64,000 bases of DNA, from assembly GCA_963805855.1 (NCBI GenBank), contig CAWDVW010000005.1, forward strand, positions 832,001 through 896,000, read 5' to 3'. Below are positions 29,321 through 41,202 of the stretch, piece by piece; position 1 is the stretch's first letter; each line of letters begins with the position of its first letter. The position numbers and the translations under genes were made by a program. Below the pieces are notes generated by a model that did not search any database, had not been told where the DNA came from, and worked only from the letters and a program-made list of their open reading frames with translations. Source of the DNA: Candidatus Dadabacteria bacterium (GTDB lineage: Bacteria; Desulfobacterota_D; UBA1144; Nemesobacterales; CSP1-2).

Positions 29321-29474
29321 TTTGCAGCCTAATTAAAGCCAGGCTCATAGATGGGCTGTATAACATGCTTCCAACCGGGAGACGAAATCATGCAGATCAG
29401 ACAGGCTCCTGATCATCCTGTTCATCGCAGTGGGCTGTCAGGTAGCTGATAAACACAAGGAGGTTTGAAAACCC

Positions 29475-30026
29475 ATGAACAGTAGTAAACTTACTCCGAA
29501 GCAACAGGCAATGGTCAAGATTTGGGAGCAGCACATGGCCGCTGAGTTCGAGGAGAAGAGTATCGATGCGACGATGGCGACAATGACGGCTGATCCCTTC
29601 GTCAATCATGTCCCCGTCATGACAGGTGGCGTAGGTTCCAGTGAAGTCCGCCACTTCTATAGCACGTATTTCATCCCGGGTCATCCACCGGACACCGAAG
29701 TCGTACCGGTCGCTCGCACGGTCGGAGAGGACCGCATAGTGGACGAATTGATTCACAGGTTCACCCACACGATCGAGATGCCGTGGATCCTCCCCGGCGT
29801 ACCGCCTACGGGCAAGCGGGTCGAAGTTGGCGTCATTGTGGTTGTGCAGTTTAAAGACGGGAAAATCGCAGGTGAGCGGATCTACTGGGACCAAGCCTCT
29901 GTACTTGCGCAGATCGGCTTGATCGATGCGGAGAAGCTACCAGCGACGGGTATCGAGGCCTCTCGCAAAGTCGTCGATCCCGCACAGGAACCATCCAACA
30001 GGTTAATCAAGCGGATTGAAGAATAA
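29475..30026 (+). CDS. SnoaL-like ester cyclase family protein
   Basis: WEQHMAAEF, PFVNHVPVMTGG, FTHT, ERIYWDQASVL; RBS aggagg. Confidence 0.88.
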   Translation: MNSSKLTPKQQAMVKIWEQHMAAEFEEKSIDATMATMTADPFVNHVPVMTGGVGSSEVRHFYSTYFIPGHPPDTEVVPVARTVGEDRIVDELIHRFTHTIEMPWILPGVPPTGKRVEVGVIVVVQFKDGKIAGERIYWDQASVLAQIGLIDAEKLPATGIEASRKVVDPAQEPSNRLIKRIEE

Positions 30027-30394
30027 CGAAAATAATTGGATTGTTAGAATGATCTCGTTAAATCTATAACGAAGAGCTGCAAAAAAATAGGATTTGCATA
30101 ATGTAGAATTGTGAACTTATAATCATGAATACAAGACAATTTTGTTTTTCAGCTATATAATTAATTCAATAAATAAACATAAAATTATTCTATATAAGTT
30201 AAATTGTTCATTGAGTAAATAATTACGATACATTTTTTTGATACTTTGAAAAAACTAAACTCACTTTTGGTAATTGTATAATGAGTGCGATGAGATCAAC
30301 AAATGTAGTTCGAGAAGGGAGTGCACAATTTAGGCACAAAATTAGAATTAATCATACAAAGATTTGTAACTGCCCGAACTCACATATAAATTGC

Positions 30395-30837
30395 ATGACC
30401 GCTAAAGATTGGCTAAAGAGTCAACTCGGGGTATGGCAATTTACTTATGAAGCTCGCGATATAAGAAAAAAAGAAGTACAGATTCTGAGTCACTGGCCAA
30501 ATCCCGTGAGCTACTGGAGATGTTTGACCAGCCTACCGATCCACCGGATGATGTATTTATATCTGATCAAGTAGCTTGCTTTCCGACCAAATGGGAAGTT
30601 GACCTCGCTGATGAAATTCCGGATCTAGATAGACTTACAGCCGAAGCCCGCAGCAAACTTGGATTGAAAAGCGATACTGGAAAACCTTTGATCGCTCGAT
30701 ATGTCGCCAAGACTCTGACTGCAAGAACTCCGCCTGAAATACCATCTTCATTGCGCACGATCATTGATAAAGCTGTCAATGTCTCGTGGACAAAGTCTTG
30801 CTTGGCCGGAGATGAGTCCAAGGTGGAAGGTAATTAA
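30395..30837 (+). pseudogene. Hypothetical gene, possibly frameshifted near 30520
   Basis: Overlapping ORFs 30281-30574 and 30520-30837. Confidence 0.35.
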
Positions 30838-31219
30838 TCGCCGAAGCAGATCAAAAGGTTAGTTCTCCATGTGTCCTTTCGGCTCGCGATCTCCAGTATT
30901 GTACATATACTATTCGTGGTACTAAGAAAAATGACTAGGAGGTATTGAAAAGTATTACAATTTGGGGTTGCAGGAGGGCGCTAAAAAGATAGCAGATGCA
31001 GAAAACATCATAGAAGTCCAGCTTTTTCCTGATAGCACTCCATACGAGTACCTTATGCGTTTCCTTAACAACGTCATGCTTGGAGTTCATGAGACAATAA
31101 CTGTGAAAGAAAGCGTCGTTGTCATTAAGATGAGTAACAATGGTAACTGAAAAGACTACAGAACTTCGTTTCCTTACATTTCATTATTGTGAACTCTAGC
31201 CGTGTAGCGCTAAGCTCCG

Positions 31220-31903
31220 TTAATAGAATAAGGCAGCCCAAGGTCTTAAAAGGACCCAGTATTCGGAGGGCCTAAGAATTGTTATTCCAAGTTTATTAAG
31301 CCTGTCTCGATAGACCCATATCGATCTGCGATCCATTGTCATAAAAGAATCACATTCTAAACCAACCGATTCGGATACAAGTTTTCTGTCCATCTCATCT
31401 GGCAGAAAATCTAGCAATCCTGAATTATATAATCGTACACCCCGACCAACTGATATGCCTTCTAAACTGATAAATTTATGATCTTCCATTCTAGTCATAC
31501 AATAATCTAATAATTCACAGCCCCATCGAACAAGAGTGTGCTTTTTCTTTAAGTTGGCAATTCCTGAGAACTCGACAACTGACAGGGGAGACGTCACAAA
31601 CTCGAAGGATGCCCTTTGTGCAATTTGGAAAACCGAGGGTAGCGCTTCAATATCGGCTTTAGTCTCTGAATCAAGCGTGTCAAATTTTTCATATTCCTCA
31701 TCATCCATAAAATTATCGCACATAAGTGAAGAGAATGAAGATAGGTTTTGAATTACATTTGTGTCCAAGAATACGCGGCGAGCTAATTTGGTAACTCTTT
31801 CAAATGCCCCACCATCATTTAATGACTCATTAGACATAAAATTCAAGATAGAGTTTGTATCTATTTTGTAAGAATTATCGATGTCACGCAGGCTTCTGTT
31901 CAC
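31220..31903 (-). CDS. PIN-like domain protein; start may be near 31837
   Basis: VFLDTNV, SPLSVVE, DEMD, FMTMD acidic pattern. Confidence 0.65.
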   Translation of the reverse strand: MNRSLRDIDNSYKIDTNSILNFMSNESLNDGGAFERVTKLARRVFLDTNVIQNLSSFSSLMCDNFMDDEEYEKFDTLDSETKADIEALPSVFQIAQRASFEFVTSPLSVVEFSGIANLKKKHTLVRWGCELLDYCMTRMEDHKFISLEGISVGRGVRLYNSGLLDFLPDEMDRKLVSESVGLECDSFMTMDRRSIWVYRDRLNKLGITILRPSEYWVLLRPWAALFY

Positions 31904-33212
31904 CCGAGATTTCAGCGATTTCTTCGGGTTTTAACCTCCTGATCCGGACTCTACGTACCCTTGTCGGATCGGCCTCCAGCACGGTGACCTCATGCTCCCC
32001 CAGTATAGCATTCTCATTCACTGTGGGTATACGACCCAGCTTTTGAATCAACACTCCTCCAATCGTATCGGCATTTAAATCAGACAGTTCAATTTCCAGT
32101 TTTTTTTCAACTTCGTCAACGGTGCAAGCGGCATCAACCTCAAAACTGTCGGCCCCTACCTTCATTATCGATGGCGCTTCAGTATCAAATTCATCCTGTA
32201 TAGGTCCTACCAGCTCTTCAAGCACGTTTTCAATAGTAATCATTCCCGATACAACACCATATTCATCAACAAGGATGGCCAAAGCGGTGTGCTTTTTTTG
32301 AAACTCGCGAAGTAGTGCATCCAGGGTAACGGTTTCGGGAAGGAAGGTAGGTTTGCGTGCAACATCGACAAGAGCCTTAATCTCTTCCCCCATTGCAAGA
32401 GCCTGAAAAATATCCTTAACATGTACGATTCCAATGATATGATCAAGATCATCATCGCAAAGTGGCAGGCGTGTATGGCCGGATTCCGATGCTATTCGTA
32501 GCTTTTCCTCCATCGTGTCATTCTTATCCAAATACACTATCTGGTTCCTGGGCAGCATATATCGACGAGCAATCTTATTTTCCAAATCCAGCACATTTTC
32601 CATGATCAGGCGTTCGCCCGGGGTGAGGTGGCCCACCGCAGCCGATTCAAGAAGGATAGCCCTTACCTCATCCTCCGTATGTACTTCACCATGCTCAGAC
32701 ATGATTTGGATGCCAATAACCCTCAGCATCAAGTTACTTATTGTGTTGAGGACCCAAATGAAAGGTTTGAAAATCTTATAAAAAATGACTAAGGGCATTG
32801 AGATGAAATACGCGGTGGGTCTATGCTTCTTTATGGCTAATATCTTAGGTACCTGCTCACCGGCAGTAATGTGCAGCAGAGTAATTATGATAAAAGCTAT
32901 AGGCAATGCTACAAAATGTACATTCTCCTCAGGGATACCTAGTGTGTTAAAAACTGGTTCAATCATTTTCGCTACCACCGGTTCGCCAACCCACCCAAGA
33001 CCTAAACTGGCAAGGGTAATTCCGAGCTGACAAGCCGATAGATAGGCATCCAAATCTCTAACGATCGCCTCAACTAACTTCGCAGTCTTACTTCCCTTGC
33101 GCGCTAAGATTTTTATTTCTTGTATTCTAAGCTTTACAAGGGCGAATTCGGCAGCAACAAAAAACCCATTTGCGGCAACAAGTGACAAGACTAATAATAT
33201 TTTCCAGAACAT
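31884..33212 (-). CDS. CNNM/hemolysin family protein (DUF21-CBS-CorC)
   Basis: NGFFVAAEFALV, QLGITLASLGLGWVGEP, GHTRLP, VDEYG. Confidence 0.93.
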   Translation of the reverse strand: MFWKILLVLSLVAANGFFVAAEFALVKLRIQEIKILARKGSKTAKLVEAIVRDLDAYLSACQLGITLASLGLGWVGEPVVAKMIEPVFNTLGIPEENVHFVALPIAFIIITLLHITAGEQVPKILAIKKHRPTAYFISMPLVIFYKIFKPFIWVLNTISNLMLRVIGIQIMSEHGEVHTEDEVRAILLESAAVGHLTPGERLIMENVLDLENKIARRYMLPRNQIVYLDKNDTMEEKLRIASESGHTRLPLCDDDLDHIIGIVHVKDIFQALAMGEEIKALVDVARKPTFLPETVTLDALLREFQKKHTALAILVDEYGVVSGMITIENVLEELVGPIQDEFDTEAPSIMKVGADSFEVDAACTVDEVEKKLEIELSDLNADTIGGVLIQKLGRIPTVNENAILGEHEVTVLEADPTRVRRVRIRRLKPEEIAEISGEQKPA

Positions 33213-33791
33213 CTTACTCCTATAAGCTCGACCAATGAAATGAATTCATGGTTTTAAAAAATATAAAACTAAACAATCAAGTGAAAATAATGAATGAATA
33301 GATGGTCACATTTCAATAGTTTAGCATCAATCTGTAGAAATTCTTACCTTTAATGTCCCTTTAACTATTTTGTAAATTTTAAAAATCATCCTTGCTTCAA
33401 TTTCCCCAATAATCTATTCTAAAGAATTTTCACTCTAGCTAAGTCATTAAACCTACAACATTTCCTAAGTCGCAAGAAATATTATTAGACGATATAAAAT
33501 AGTCGAATTAATTTATAAGGTATTTTTGCAAAAGTCGAGGGAATGAACCAAATAACGACCCCAAAATAAATACATTTGCCAGATATGACCAATTTATTAG
33601 TTGACACAAGTCCACTTTGCAAACTCACGGGAAAACTAATGAATGTGGGAAATAAGTGGTAACCCCAATTTCGAGTACTTCTAACAAGAATCTAACTTTT
33701 CCTCAGAAAATATTGTTTTTTCTTATACCCATGACGCATCTATAAAACGCCAGACGGCTCAACGATGCATTGTAAGGTGCCCACGCAATTC

Positions 33792-36700
33792 TCAATTCTT
33801 CTTTATTCTCGGCTTCTTTGCTTTTGATCTTTTTGCTTTTGTAATAAGCCTATTCAGCTCGACTAGGTCAGGATTAAGCAACTCTTTTACACGGTCACTA
33901 TTGACTCCCGCTACAATAATATCGCCAATTTCAGTATTGACCTCGTCATATATGCCCAAAGCTTTCATACCCTTCGTTTGCTTCTGATTATCGTCGGTGG
34001 GGTTAACATAATGTACCGAATCACTTTTATAACGGTGAATCAAAAACAAGTGGATTAATGTCATTAAACGTTTCTTACGAAAATCCTCATCAAATGTATT
34101 TTGATCTCTAACAGAAAGAATATTTTTGCCCCTGAGATCCTGTATGGATCCAAACACAGCATTAGCCACTTTATTTTTCGACTCATCCAAAACACTCAAT
34201 TCCAATAAATCCGAGCCTGCTCTGTGCGGACGTAGTTCAACACGCAATGGCCCTCTAATCTTGTAGTATTCCGCCCAAAGCTCAAGCCAACCTTCCAGAA
34301 GTTTGGGTGGAACCTCTGTCTGGACCAGATGCTGATACTGTGTGGATCCCTTTCCCATGGCCTTTGTCGTTGCCGTACGCCCGGAAGTAGCCATAAGGGC
34401 ACCATCGGCACGGGGGCCACCAACGTAGGTTTGTGGTGTTTTATAGGGTGAATCAACCAACCTGAACTTTCTTTGTAATCGGGCCAGTGCAAGCATTCCA
34501 TCTTCCAGCAGAGCCCTTGAAAATTCTTCAGCAGCCAGTCCGTCTATTTGATGACCTCCGTAGGTGATAAAGTTAAAGACAAACCCGAGTTTTCCCAGCT
34601 CTTTGGGAAAGTTCGCCATTTCTTCATCGGTCATTCCCGTTGTGTCCCAGTTAAATGAAGGTGACAAGTTATAGGCCAACATCTTATCTGGATATACCCT
34701 GTGGATAGCATCAGAAAATTCCTTCGCATCAGCCAGATCAGCCGTTTTTGTCTCCATCCAGAGAATGTCGGCAAAGGGGGCTACAGCAATTGATTTTGCT
34801 ATCGCATATCCGACTCCGCCTTGGATCTGATAATAACCCTCGGGCGTTCTGGACAATTCACAATCCCACGAAGGGTCTATGCCCATCGACCTGGCCTTTT
34901 CACGGGCTTCATGTAATGAAACATTCTTAGCAAATTCGAGCCATTGGTTAATTGTCAAATCGTGTTGTCTTCCTTCTTCGATCTGGAATTCCATCAAATC
35001 TGCTACTGCTTCCCCAAATGTCTTAAGCCCTGACTCGACTTCCCATGTCTCGACGAACTTGGTCGCGACATTATCCAACGGCTTGGTGATGCTCCTTTCC
35101 CTGCCATCCTTTAAAGCTCGTACGTTTTCATCTATGTATGACATTAATCCCACTTGCTCAAACCACTTGTAAGCCTCTTCATATTCGAAATCGGACATCC
35201 TGTATAGCAAGTGACCATTAACATCCTTTATTCCCTTCTCATTAAAAGCCTTCAAAATTGCAAGATAACAATCCTTATAACCGGGTAGATTTGTTTTAGT
35301 AGCACCCAAAATAAAGGGATGATCCCGTTCATCACCCCTTCCGTCCAGTAATGCGGCCGCTTCAGCGTCGGTCCGAGCAACGATGATTCCAGGCACCTTC
35401 ATAACATCAAGTTGAAATCGTGCGGCATTCAGCCTTTTGATTTGTTCATCAACAGGCACGAGAGCCTTACCGCCCTGATGCCCGCATTTCTTTGTGCCCG
35501 GTTTTTGATCTTCGATGTGGTAACCTGCGACACCCGCTTCTACAAATCTCCTGACCAGGTTTCTGACATGGGCGTCACCACCGTGTCCTGTATCGGCATC
35601 TGCTATTATAAAAGGTCTGTAATCAAATTTTGGAGCAGTTTTACGTTCCTTGTCTGTCATTCTAGATCTCATGAATTTCTGATTCTTGTCTGCAGAAAGA
35701 AGGGCTCGAACAAGAGTAGCTGCTTCATCCGGCACCTGACTGAGTGGGTAACTGGCTAAATCGGGACCGGGATCCTCAGTTGTCGACCCTTTAGCGGAAG
35801 TTGCCCAACCTCCCAGATAAATCCCCTTTATACCTGCCCGCTTCAGCATCACTGCTTGGCCAGGAGAATATGGGCCAAATGTTGTAATCTGCTCCGCTTT
35901 TGAGAACAATTCCCTTAAAAGATTATAGAATTCTTCTGATGCCTTCCGTGCAATAGGATAGTCAGTTTCGATCGTTCCGCGCTGTTGCACCACCTGGCGG
36001 GCAGAGTAGAGACGAGTAATGCCCTTGAATCGGTGGCTGCTAACCCATTTTTTTGTTTCCAGAACCTCTTTTTCAAATGATTCCATTTCGTCTTCTGAAA
36101 TGGTCTCAGTTTTTCTGGTGGGGATAAAATCTAAATTCTCAGTAATCCTTGTCCCATCCTCTTTAAATGTATCCATGTACTGTCTAATTCTCCTTTTAGC
36201 TTCATATAAATCATGATTATTTAGATTAATATTCAAAAGGTCAATATACCAGGGTGCTTTGACATCATCTAAAACGTAGGTTTCAACAATCTCTCTGGCA
36301 ATTGGTAGGGTTGTTCCTTTTGAATCGTCGTGAACATCTTTATCTTTTGCATGCAGAAGTTTTTCGTATTCTTCAGCCAGTAACCTTCGAAATATGTCGG
36401 CAGTAAAAACGTCTCCCGCTTTTGACCCCGTTTCCGGATCATCCTCGTTTAGTTTCGCACCCTTGTGGACCCACTCCCACAATATGCTAAGACGAATTTC
36501 TCCTGTGGCCATATCTTCCATCAGATACAAGATGTCATCATTATTGAAAAAGTCGGCTGGCTTTAGCGCCGCTGCCTGAAATCCCTGACCAAACGCATTT
36601 CCATATTGCAAACCAACGCTCAAAAGATTTCGAGCTCCCCTAATCGTTCTGGGCGCCGGTTCGAGAAGCGTTAGACCATCAGCGTCCTCCTGAGTATAGG

Positions 36701-38051
36701 TTAGAGGGGGGAAAACTCTACCGAGCTGGTTGTCCTCTCCAATCCTTTCCCAGACCGGTCGAATAATGTGAACCATCCTCCAATGTGCTACCCATTTACC
36801 ACTTGCACCCTCTTTCTGCTCACGCATAGAACCCTCGACGGCTTTCTTCATACCGCTTGTAACACCCTCTTCCGAACCTACAGGAATGTTGGGTTCCATT
36901 CCACCCTGCCAAAGCGCAAAATTTCCGTTAATATCGGGCGTGTTTACAGCCCTACGGACCCTATCTTCGTAATTTCTCATGTAACCATAAGTCATTGTAA
37001 TAGATTCGATGTTGGGATTGATAAAATCTTTATCCCAGGTCATAGCATCAGCGACGCTGTTAATGTAGTCCCATCTTCCGGTATTGAATCCGACGAAATG
37101 TCTGTCTAAGGCGGCCCTAATTCCCATAAGCTGAAATGTTGCCTCAAGTTGTTCAACAAGAACATAGACCTTGATTGTGCCAACCGGGAGGTCAAGATGT
37201 TCTTCAAGAGCTGATATAATTTCATTCCAAAACGCCGCCTCCTCAGCCGTCTGGATCTTAGGCAGATACAATACTATGGAGGAACCCGCCTTCATTAAAT
37301 TCTTATGGTTGTTCACAACATACAGTGTCATATCGACAATTGAAGCCGAAAGAGCCACACCATTTTCATCACGGATATGTCTATCGTCTAAGTGTAATCC
37401 CCGGCAGCGGAATATCTTTGTTGTAAAATCTAATTGAGTGTTCCAATCTTTTATGATCTTTTTGCCGAAAAACCCTGATGACCATTCGTTCATCTCCCTT
37501 GCAACCTTCTCAGCCACTCGCAAAAAGATTGGGTCTTTTTGTATTGCCAATTTCAAATTTCTTTGATTGTCTAACGACATCGTGTTAATCTGACCAACGG
37601 CGTCTTCCCCATCAAACATCCAGCCATCCGCACCCGAAAGCAATCCATAGGCAACATTCCTTATGCTTTTTTCAATCGGCGAGTTCGGCTTGGCAGCCGG
37701 CCCCGTCCCCTGAATCCACTGTCGCTGCAAATCTTTTGGAATTTCCGGACCGACGAACTTCCCGTCTCTTGCGTCTTGCACCTTTATGTTGGTCCGAGGA
37801 ATATAGTCATTCGGATCCATAAACCTGATTCTGTGTCTATTCCGAGTTCTTTCCGCCCTTCTTTCGATTCTTTTTGCCATGACCATTTTTTGATCCTCAT
37901 TGAATCTAGCCAATGATGCCAAAGCGGTCATAACCTCAGGGGTGTATACATCAGGGTAGGAATTCTCGAGATTGTCTCGAATCTCTAACTCGCCATACCC
38001 ACTGATGACCTTAAAGGATCGATCATTTGATTTACGAACGATAGTCATCAC
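33792..38051 (-). CDS. Bifunctional malate synthase-isocitrate lyase with ICL2-type C-terminal domain
   Basis: MS motifs [31 protein letters not shown] motifs [37 protein letters not shown]. Confidence 0.9.
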   Translation of the reverse strand: MMTIVRKSNDRSFKVISGYGELEIRDNLENSYPDVYTPEVMTALASLARFNEDQKMVMAKRIERRAERTRNRHRIRFMDPNDYIPRTNIKVQDARDGKFVGPEIPKDLQRQWIQGTGPAAKPNSPIEKSIRNVAYGLLSGADGWMFDGEDAVGQINTMSLDNQRNLKLAIQKDPIFLRVAEKVAREMNEWSSGFFGKKIIKDWNTQLDFTTKIFRCRGLHLDDRHIRDENGVALSASIVDMTLYVVNNHKNLMKAGSSIVLYLPKIQTAEEAAFWNEIISALEEHLDLPVGTIKVYVLVEQLEATFQLMGIRAALDRHFVGFNTGRWDYINSVADAMTWDKDFINPNIESITMTYGYMRNYEDRVRRAVNTPDINGNFALWQGGMEPNIPVGSEEGVTSGMKKAVEGSMREQKEGASGKWVAHWRMVHIIRPVWERIGEDNQLGRVFPPLTYTQEDADGLTLLEPAPRTIRGARNLLSVGLQYGNAFGQGFQAAALKPADFFNNDDILYLMEDMATGEIRLSILWEWVHKGAKLNEDDPETGSKAGDVFTADIFRRLLAEEYEKLLHAKDKDVHDDSKGTTLPIAREIVETYVLDDVKAPWYIDLLNINLNNHDLYEAKRRIRQYMDTFKEDGTRITENLDFIPTRKTETISEDEMESFEKEVLETKKWVSSHRFKGITRLYSARQVVQQRGTIETDYPIARKASEEFYNLLRELFSKAEQITTFGPYSPGQAVMLKRAGIKGIYLGGWATSAKGSTTEDPGPDLASYPLSQVPDEAATLVRALLSADKNQKFMRSRMTDKERKTAPKFDYRPFIIADADTGHGGDAHVRNLVRRFVEAGVAGYHIEDQKPGTKKCGHQGGKALVPVDEQIKRLNAARFQLDVMKVPGIIVARTDAEAAALLDGRGDERDHPFILGATKTNLPGYKDCYLAILKAFNEKGIKDVNGHLLYRMSDFEYEEAYKWFEQVGLMSYIDENVRALKDGRERSITKPLDNVATKFVETWEVESGLKTFGEAVADLMEFQIEEGRQHDLTINQWLEFAKNVSLHEAREKARSMGIDPSWDCELSRTPEGYYQIQGGVGYAIAKSIAVAPFADILWMETKTADLADAKEFSDAIHRVYPDKMLAYNLSPSFNWDTTGMTDEEMANFPKELGKLGFVFNFITYGGHQIDGLAAEEFSRALLEDGMLALARLQRKFRLVDSPYKTPQTYVGGPRADGALMATSGRTATTKAMGKGSTQYQHLVQTEVPPKLLEGWLELWAEYYKIRGPLRVELRPHRAGSDLLELSVLDESKNKVANAVFGSIQDLRGKNILSVRDQNTFDEDFRKKRLMTLIHLFLIHRYKSDSVHYVNPTDDNQKQTKGMKALGIYDEVNTEIGDIIVAGVNSDRVKELLNPDLVELNRLITKAKRSKAKKPRIKKN

Positions 38052-38303
38052 CAGTTCTCCTCACTCGTCTTGTATGATTTTTATGCTTTGAATAATAAGG
38101 CCAACAATTATACATATTATGCGTCTTATTTCCAAATAATTGTGTTATTAAGTGTATGTTATGAGAGATTTGTTGGCAAGCAGCAAATCTTTGACGTTGA
38201 CTCATTAATACTATTTTCAGTTGGAACTAGTAGTTATAGATAAAATCGCATATAATAGTTATGCAAATTGTAAACTTAGAAACTGTTGTATAAGGAGATA
38301 AGA

Positions 38304-38660
38304 ATGAATATTTATGTGGGAAATTTATCATATGAGGTCAGCGAAGAGGACTTACGATCGGCTTTCGAAGAATTTGGGCAGGTCTTGTCCGCCTCTATCA
38401 TAAAAGATAAGTACACTGGAGAATCAAAGGGATTTGGATTCGTCGAGATGCCAACTCTGGAGGAGGCTCAAGCTGCTATCAGTGCTCTAAATGGGAAAGA
38501 GCTGAAAGGAAGGGCAATTAACGTGAATGAAGCCCGCCCACGCACAGAAAAACGTGTTGGTGACCGAGGAGGAAGAGGAGGCTTTGGCAAGGGAGGAGGA
38601 GGAAGGGGAGGCTTTGGCAAAGGGGGAGGAGGCAGAGGAGGTGGCCGTAGTAGATACTAA
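38304..38660 (+). CDS. RRM RNA-binding protein with RGG-rich tail
   Basis: IYVGNL (RNP2), KGFGFVEM (RNP1); RBS aaggag. Confidence 0.95.
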   Translation: MNIYVGNLSYEVSEEDLRSAFEEFGQVLSASIIKDKYTGESKGFGFVEMPTLEEAQAAISALNGKELKGRAINVNEARPRTEKRVGDRGGRGGFGKGGGGRGGFGKGGGGRGGGRSRY

Positions 38661-38702
38661 TCATCTGCTTACAATCTATTTAAAAATATCAAACAAGGCG
38701 AC

Positions 38703-38760
38703 GCCTAACTAGCCGCTTGAGATTGACCGGAAAGGCTAATTCTCTAACGGTCAACTTAAG
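38703..38760 (+). other. attC-like hairpin, right end degenerate (or terminator)
   Basis: GCCTAAC then cttgagattgaccg...cggtcaacttaag. Confidence 0.4.
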
Positions 38761-39255
38761 TGTATTTACCGTCTCAGATACTCCAGGGGTATGTTAAATG
38801 TCCTCCTTGATATTCATCGCGTGTAGGTGCACAGCAACCCATTTGTGAGACCAGATACCTATTTGGAAGTATCCAAAATTCTTTCTTGAAATAACTAATA
38901 TTTGAAAATTGAACCGTCTTCCATGATATATTATCCAGATTCTAAATCCATATAATTTCGGCCTTAACATTAATTTTGATACTAATTAATGACGGAATGT
39001 TGGAATAGAATTTAATATTGATTGCTTATGGAAGCTATCAATGATATGCAGGAAATGACCGAAGAATAGAGGACGAGATGTTTCCGGGTTTATCCGGCTG
39101 AAATCAAATCCGTGTACAAAACACACAAGCGTTTTGTTTAAGGCTTAATCCCGTCATGTAAGTCTCATATAATATATAGATAATTGACCTACTCATAATT
39201 TAGATTATCAAGATGGGTTTTACTGTTAAACAATTCCTAAGAAGGAGATAGTGAA

Positions 39256-39684
39256 ATGAAAGTGATGACAAAGGCTGAGTATAAAAGGTTTTTGATCCAA
39301 GGGACAAAGACCGGCAAAATCGCTACTGTGAAAACGGATGGTAGTCCGCACGTGGTTCCCATCTGGTTTGATCTTGATCATGGGAATATAGTTTTTACGA
39401 CTGGTGGAAATTCAGTTAAAGCGAAGAATATGAGGCGTGATCCAAGGGTTTGTCTAACAGTGGACGATCAAACCCCGCCATACGCCTTTGTTCAAATTGA
39501 GGGAATAGTTAGCTTTTCAGACGACCTGAAAGAAATGTTGCACTGGGCTACTCGTATTGGCGGGAGATATATGGGTGACGATCAAGCCGAGGTATTTGGT
39601 AAGCGAAATGCCGTAGCGGGCGAACTGTTAGTGAGAATCAGACCTGCTAAGGTCATTGCCTATAAAGATGTAGCTGGCTGGTAG
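39256..39684 (+). CDS. PPOX-class putative F420-dependent oxidoreductase
   Basis: ATVKTDGSPHVVPIWF, KAKNMRRDPRVCLTVDD. Confidence 0.9.
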   Translation: MKVMTKAEYKRFLIQGTKTGKIATVKTDGSPHVVPIWFDLDHGNIVFTTGGNSVKAKNMRRDPRVCLTVDDQTPPYAFVQIEGIVSFSDDLKEMLHWATRIGGRYMGDDQAEVFGKRNAVAGELLVRIRPAKVIAYKDVAGW

Positions 39685-39704
39685 TATTTGTAGTGGGAAT
39701 AAAA

Positions 39705-39800
39705 ATGAGCACTTCTAAGAATGGCCATGTAATAATTGTTGGTGCCGGACCAGTTGGTCTGACGGCGACTCTGGAATACCAAGCCAAAATTAAGCGTTAG
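39705..39800 (+). pseudogene. N-terminal remnant of an FAD-dependent oxidoreductase
   Basis: MSTSKNGHVIIVGAGPVGLTATLE then stop. Confidence 0.65.
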
Positions 39801-39862
39801 ATATTCAACCATATGTTCGATCGCACAAACCGGTTTACGATGTCTCACCGGATTTGTTGAAC

Positions 39863-39912
39863 GTAACAATTTATATACAAACAACTACTTGTTTGAGGTT
39901 ATAAGATGTTAC
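39863..39912 (+). other. attC-like imperfect hairpin
   Basis: gtaacaatttata...aaacaa-ctac-ttgttt...tataagatgttac. Confidence 0.4.
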
Positions 39913-39928
39913 AATAACTACCAATTAA

Positions 39929-40279
39929 ATGGCTTATTACATCGTCAAGGTTTTCATTACGGCAATTTTGGTTGTATTGATATCAGAGATCTCCAAAAGA
40001 AGTTCACTAATCGGAGCGATATTGGCTTCTCTTCCCGTAGTTTCCATACTTGCGTTTATATGGCTTTATATTGATACTAAAAGTGTGGAAAAGATATCGG
40101 AACTCTCTATCGGTATTTTTTGGCTTGTAATCCCTTCCTTGTCGCTTTTCATAGCACTACCGCTTCTACTTAAATCCAAAGTTAACTTCTATGCAAGCCT
40201 GATAATTTCGTGTGCAATCATGGTCCTACTATATTTCACAATGGTTTTCATCCTAAAGAGACTAAACATAAATCTTTAA
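39929..40279 (+). CDS. DUF3147 family membrane protein
   Basis: ISEISKRS, GAILASLPVVS, IFWLVIPSL. Confidence 0.8.
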   Translation: MAYYIVKVFITAILVVLISEISKRSSLIGAILASLPVVSILAFIWLYIDTKSVEKISELSIGIFWLVIPSLSLFIALPLLLKSKVNFYASLIISCAIMVLLYFTMVFILKRLNINL

Positions 40280-40648
40280 TTGTCATTTCGGTATTAAAAA
40301 AACCACCCTTGCGATATATGTATATTAGTCATTACGAATCCTGATCTAGATAAGGACGTGCTCGTCTCATCATCTCTTGTCCGCGTTAGATCGTGATACA
40401 GATTTGAAATGACAAATATCAGGCCGAATTAGATTTTTCTGTTCTGAGGTAAGTGAATAATAGGTAATGCTTTGGATAGACTTATGCTTATTTTAGCTCG
40501 AAGGGTTACTTCCTCGGTACTCTCTGATCAACAATGCCCTGACGATTAATCATGATCTGCTCCGCATTACCAAAACGAAGCTAAAACTAAACTATCCGCC
40601 CGTCACCAATATGTTGCTCTCCAACTGATGCGCTCCATAGTATGAGCT

Positions 40649-40810
40649 TTAGTCTAGATGAGAAAAGATCAACCGTTCTACCTCCTCACAGGGCATCCGC
40701 GTCGCTATGCCAACCGCACGCACTGCGCAATCACCACCTGCGTAGCCCTTGAACCCCGCCTCGGCACGCCCTCCATCATCATAGCGGAAAGCACATAAAC
40801 CCTGTCGCAT
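40649..40810 (-). pseudogene. Truncated hypothetical gene, phage-like by recollection
   Basis: 53 aa FRYDDGGRAEAGFKGYAGGDCAVRAVGIAT; locally GC-rich. Confidence 0.45.
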
Positions 40811-41202
40811 AAGCAGAGTCCTCTAATTGGCCAAACCGAATTCCGCTACACCTAAGATTATACTGGCAACTACTACGCCAATCCCTAGAAAGATTGGTGA
40901 CAAGTATAGCACCCATCTCCAAAACGATATATTACTCATGTATCCCCTCAACTATACGACAGCATACTTAAGATACAGATTTATGGGACAAATTATCATA
41001 CGGACTTCGACGGTTCGCTCGTGTATATATAGGTTGAATGTTACAATCGCTTTCTTGCTCGATCGAATCCAACAGGTACTAGTAGCGCCAACATCTACTC
41101 GGTTACTTCAGGTCCATCTTTGTAAGATTTACCTCAAAATGATTCGCCTGCGAGATGCAGACGCTACTTTTTATCCCTAAACGTATTTTTCTCGAATCCT
41201 GA

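Noticed and set aside
29397-29894. Antisense and shadow ORFs (also 873-1205, 42004-42483, 46962-47336, 62286-62648 and similar)
   Set aside because: They lie opposite or within well-supported genes and show no motifs
33213-33790. Structured ncRNA in long AT-rich intergenic regions (also 38800-39250, 42800-43320)
   Set aside because: No recognisable motif or convincing fold by eye; an Rfam scan would be needed
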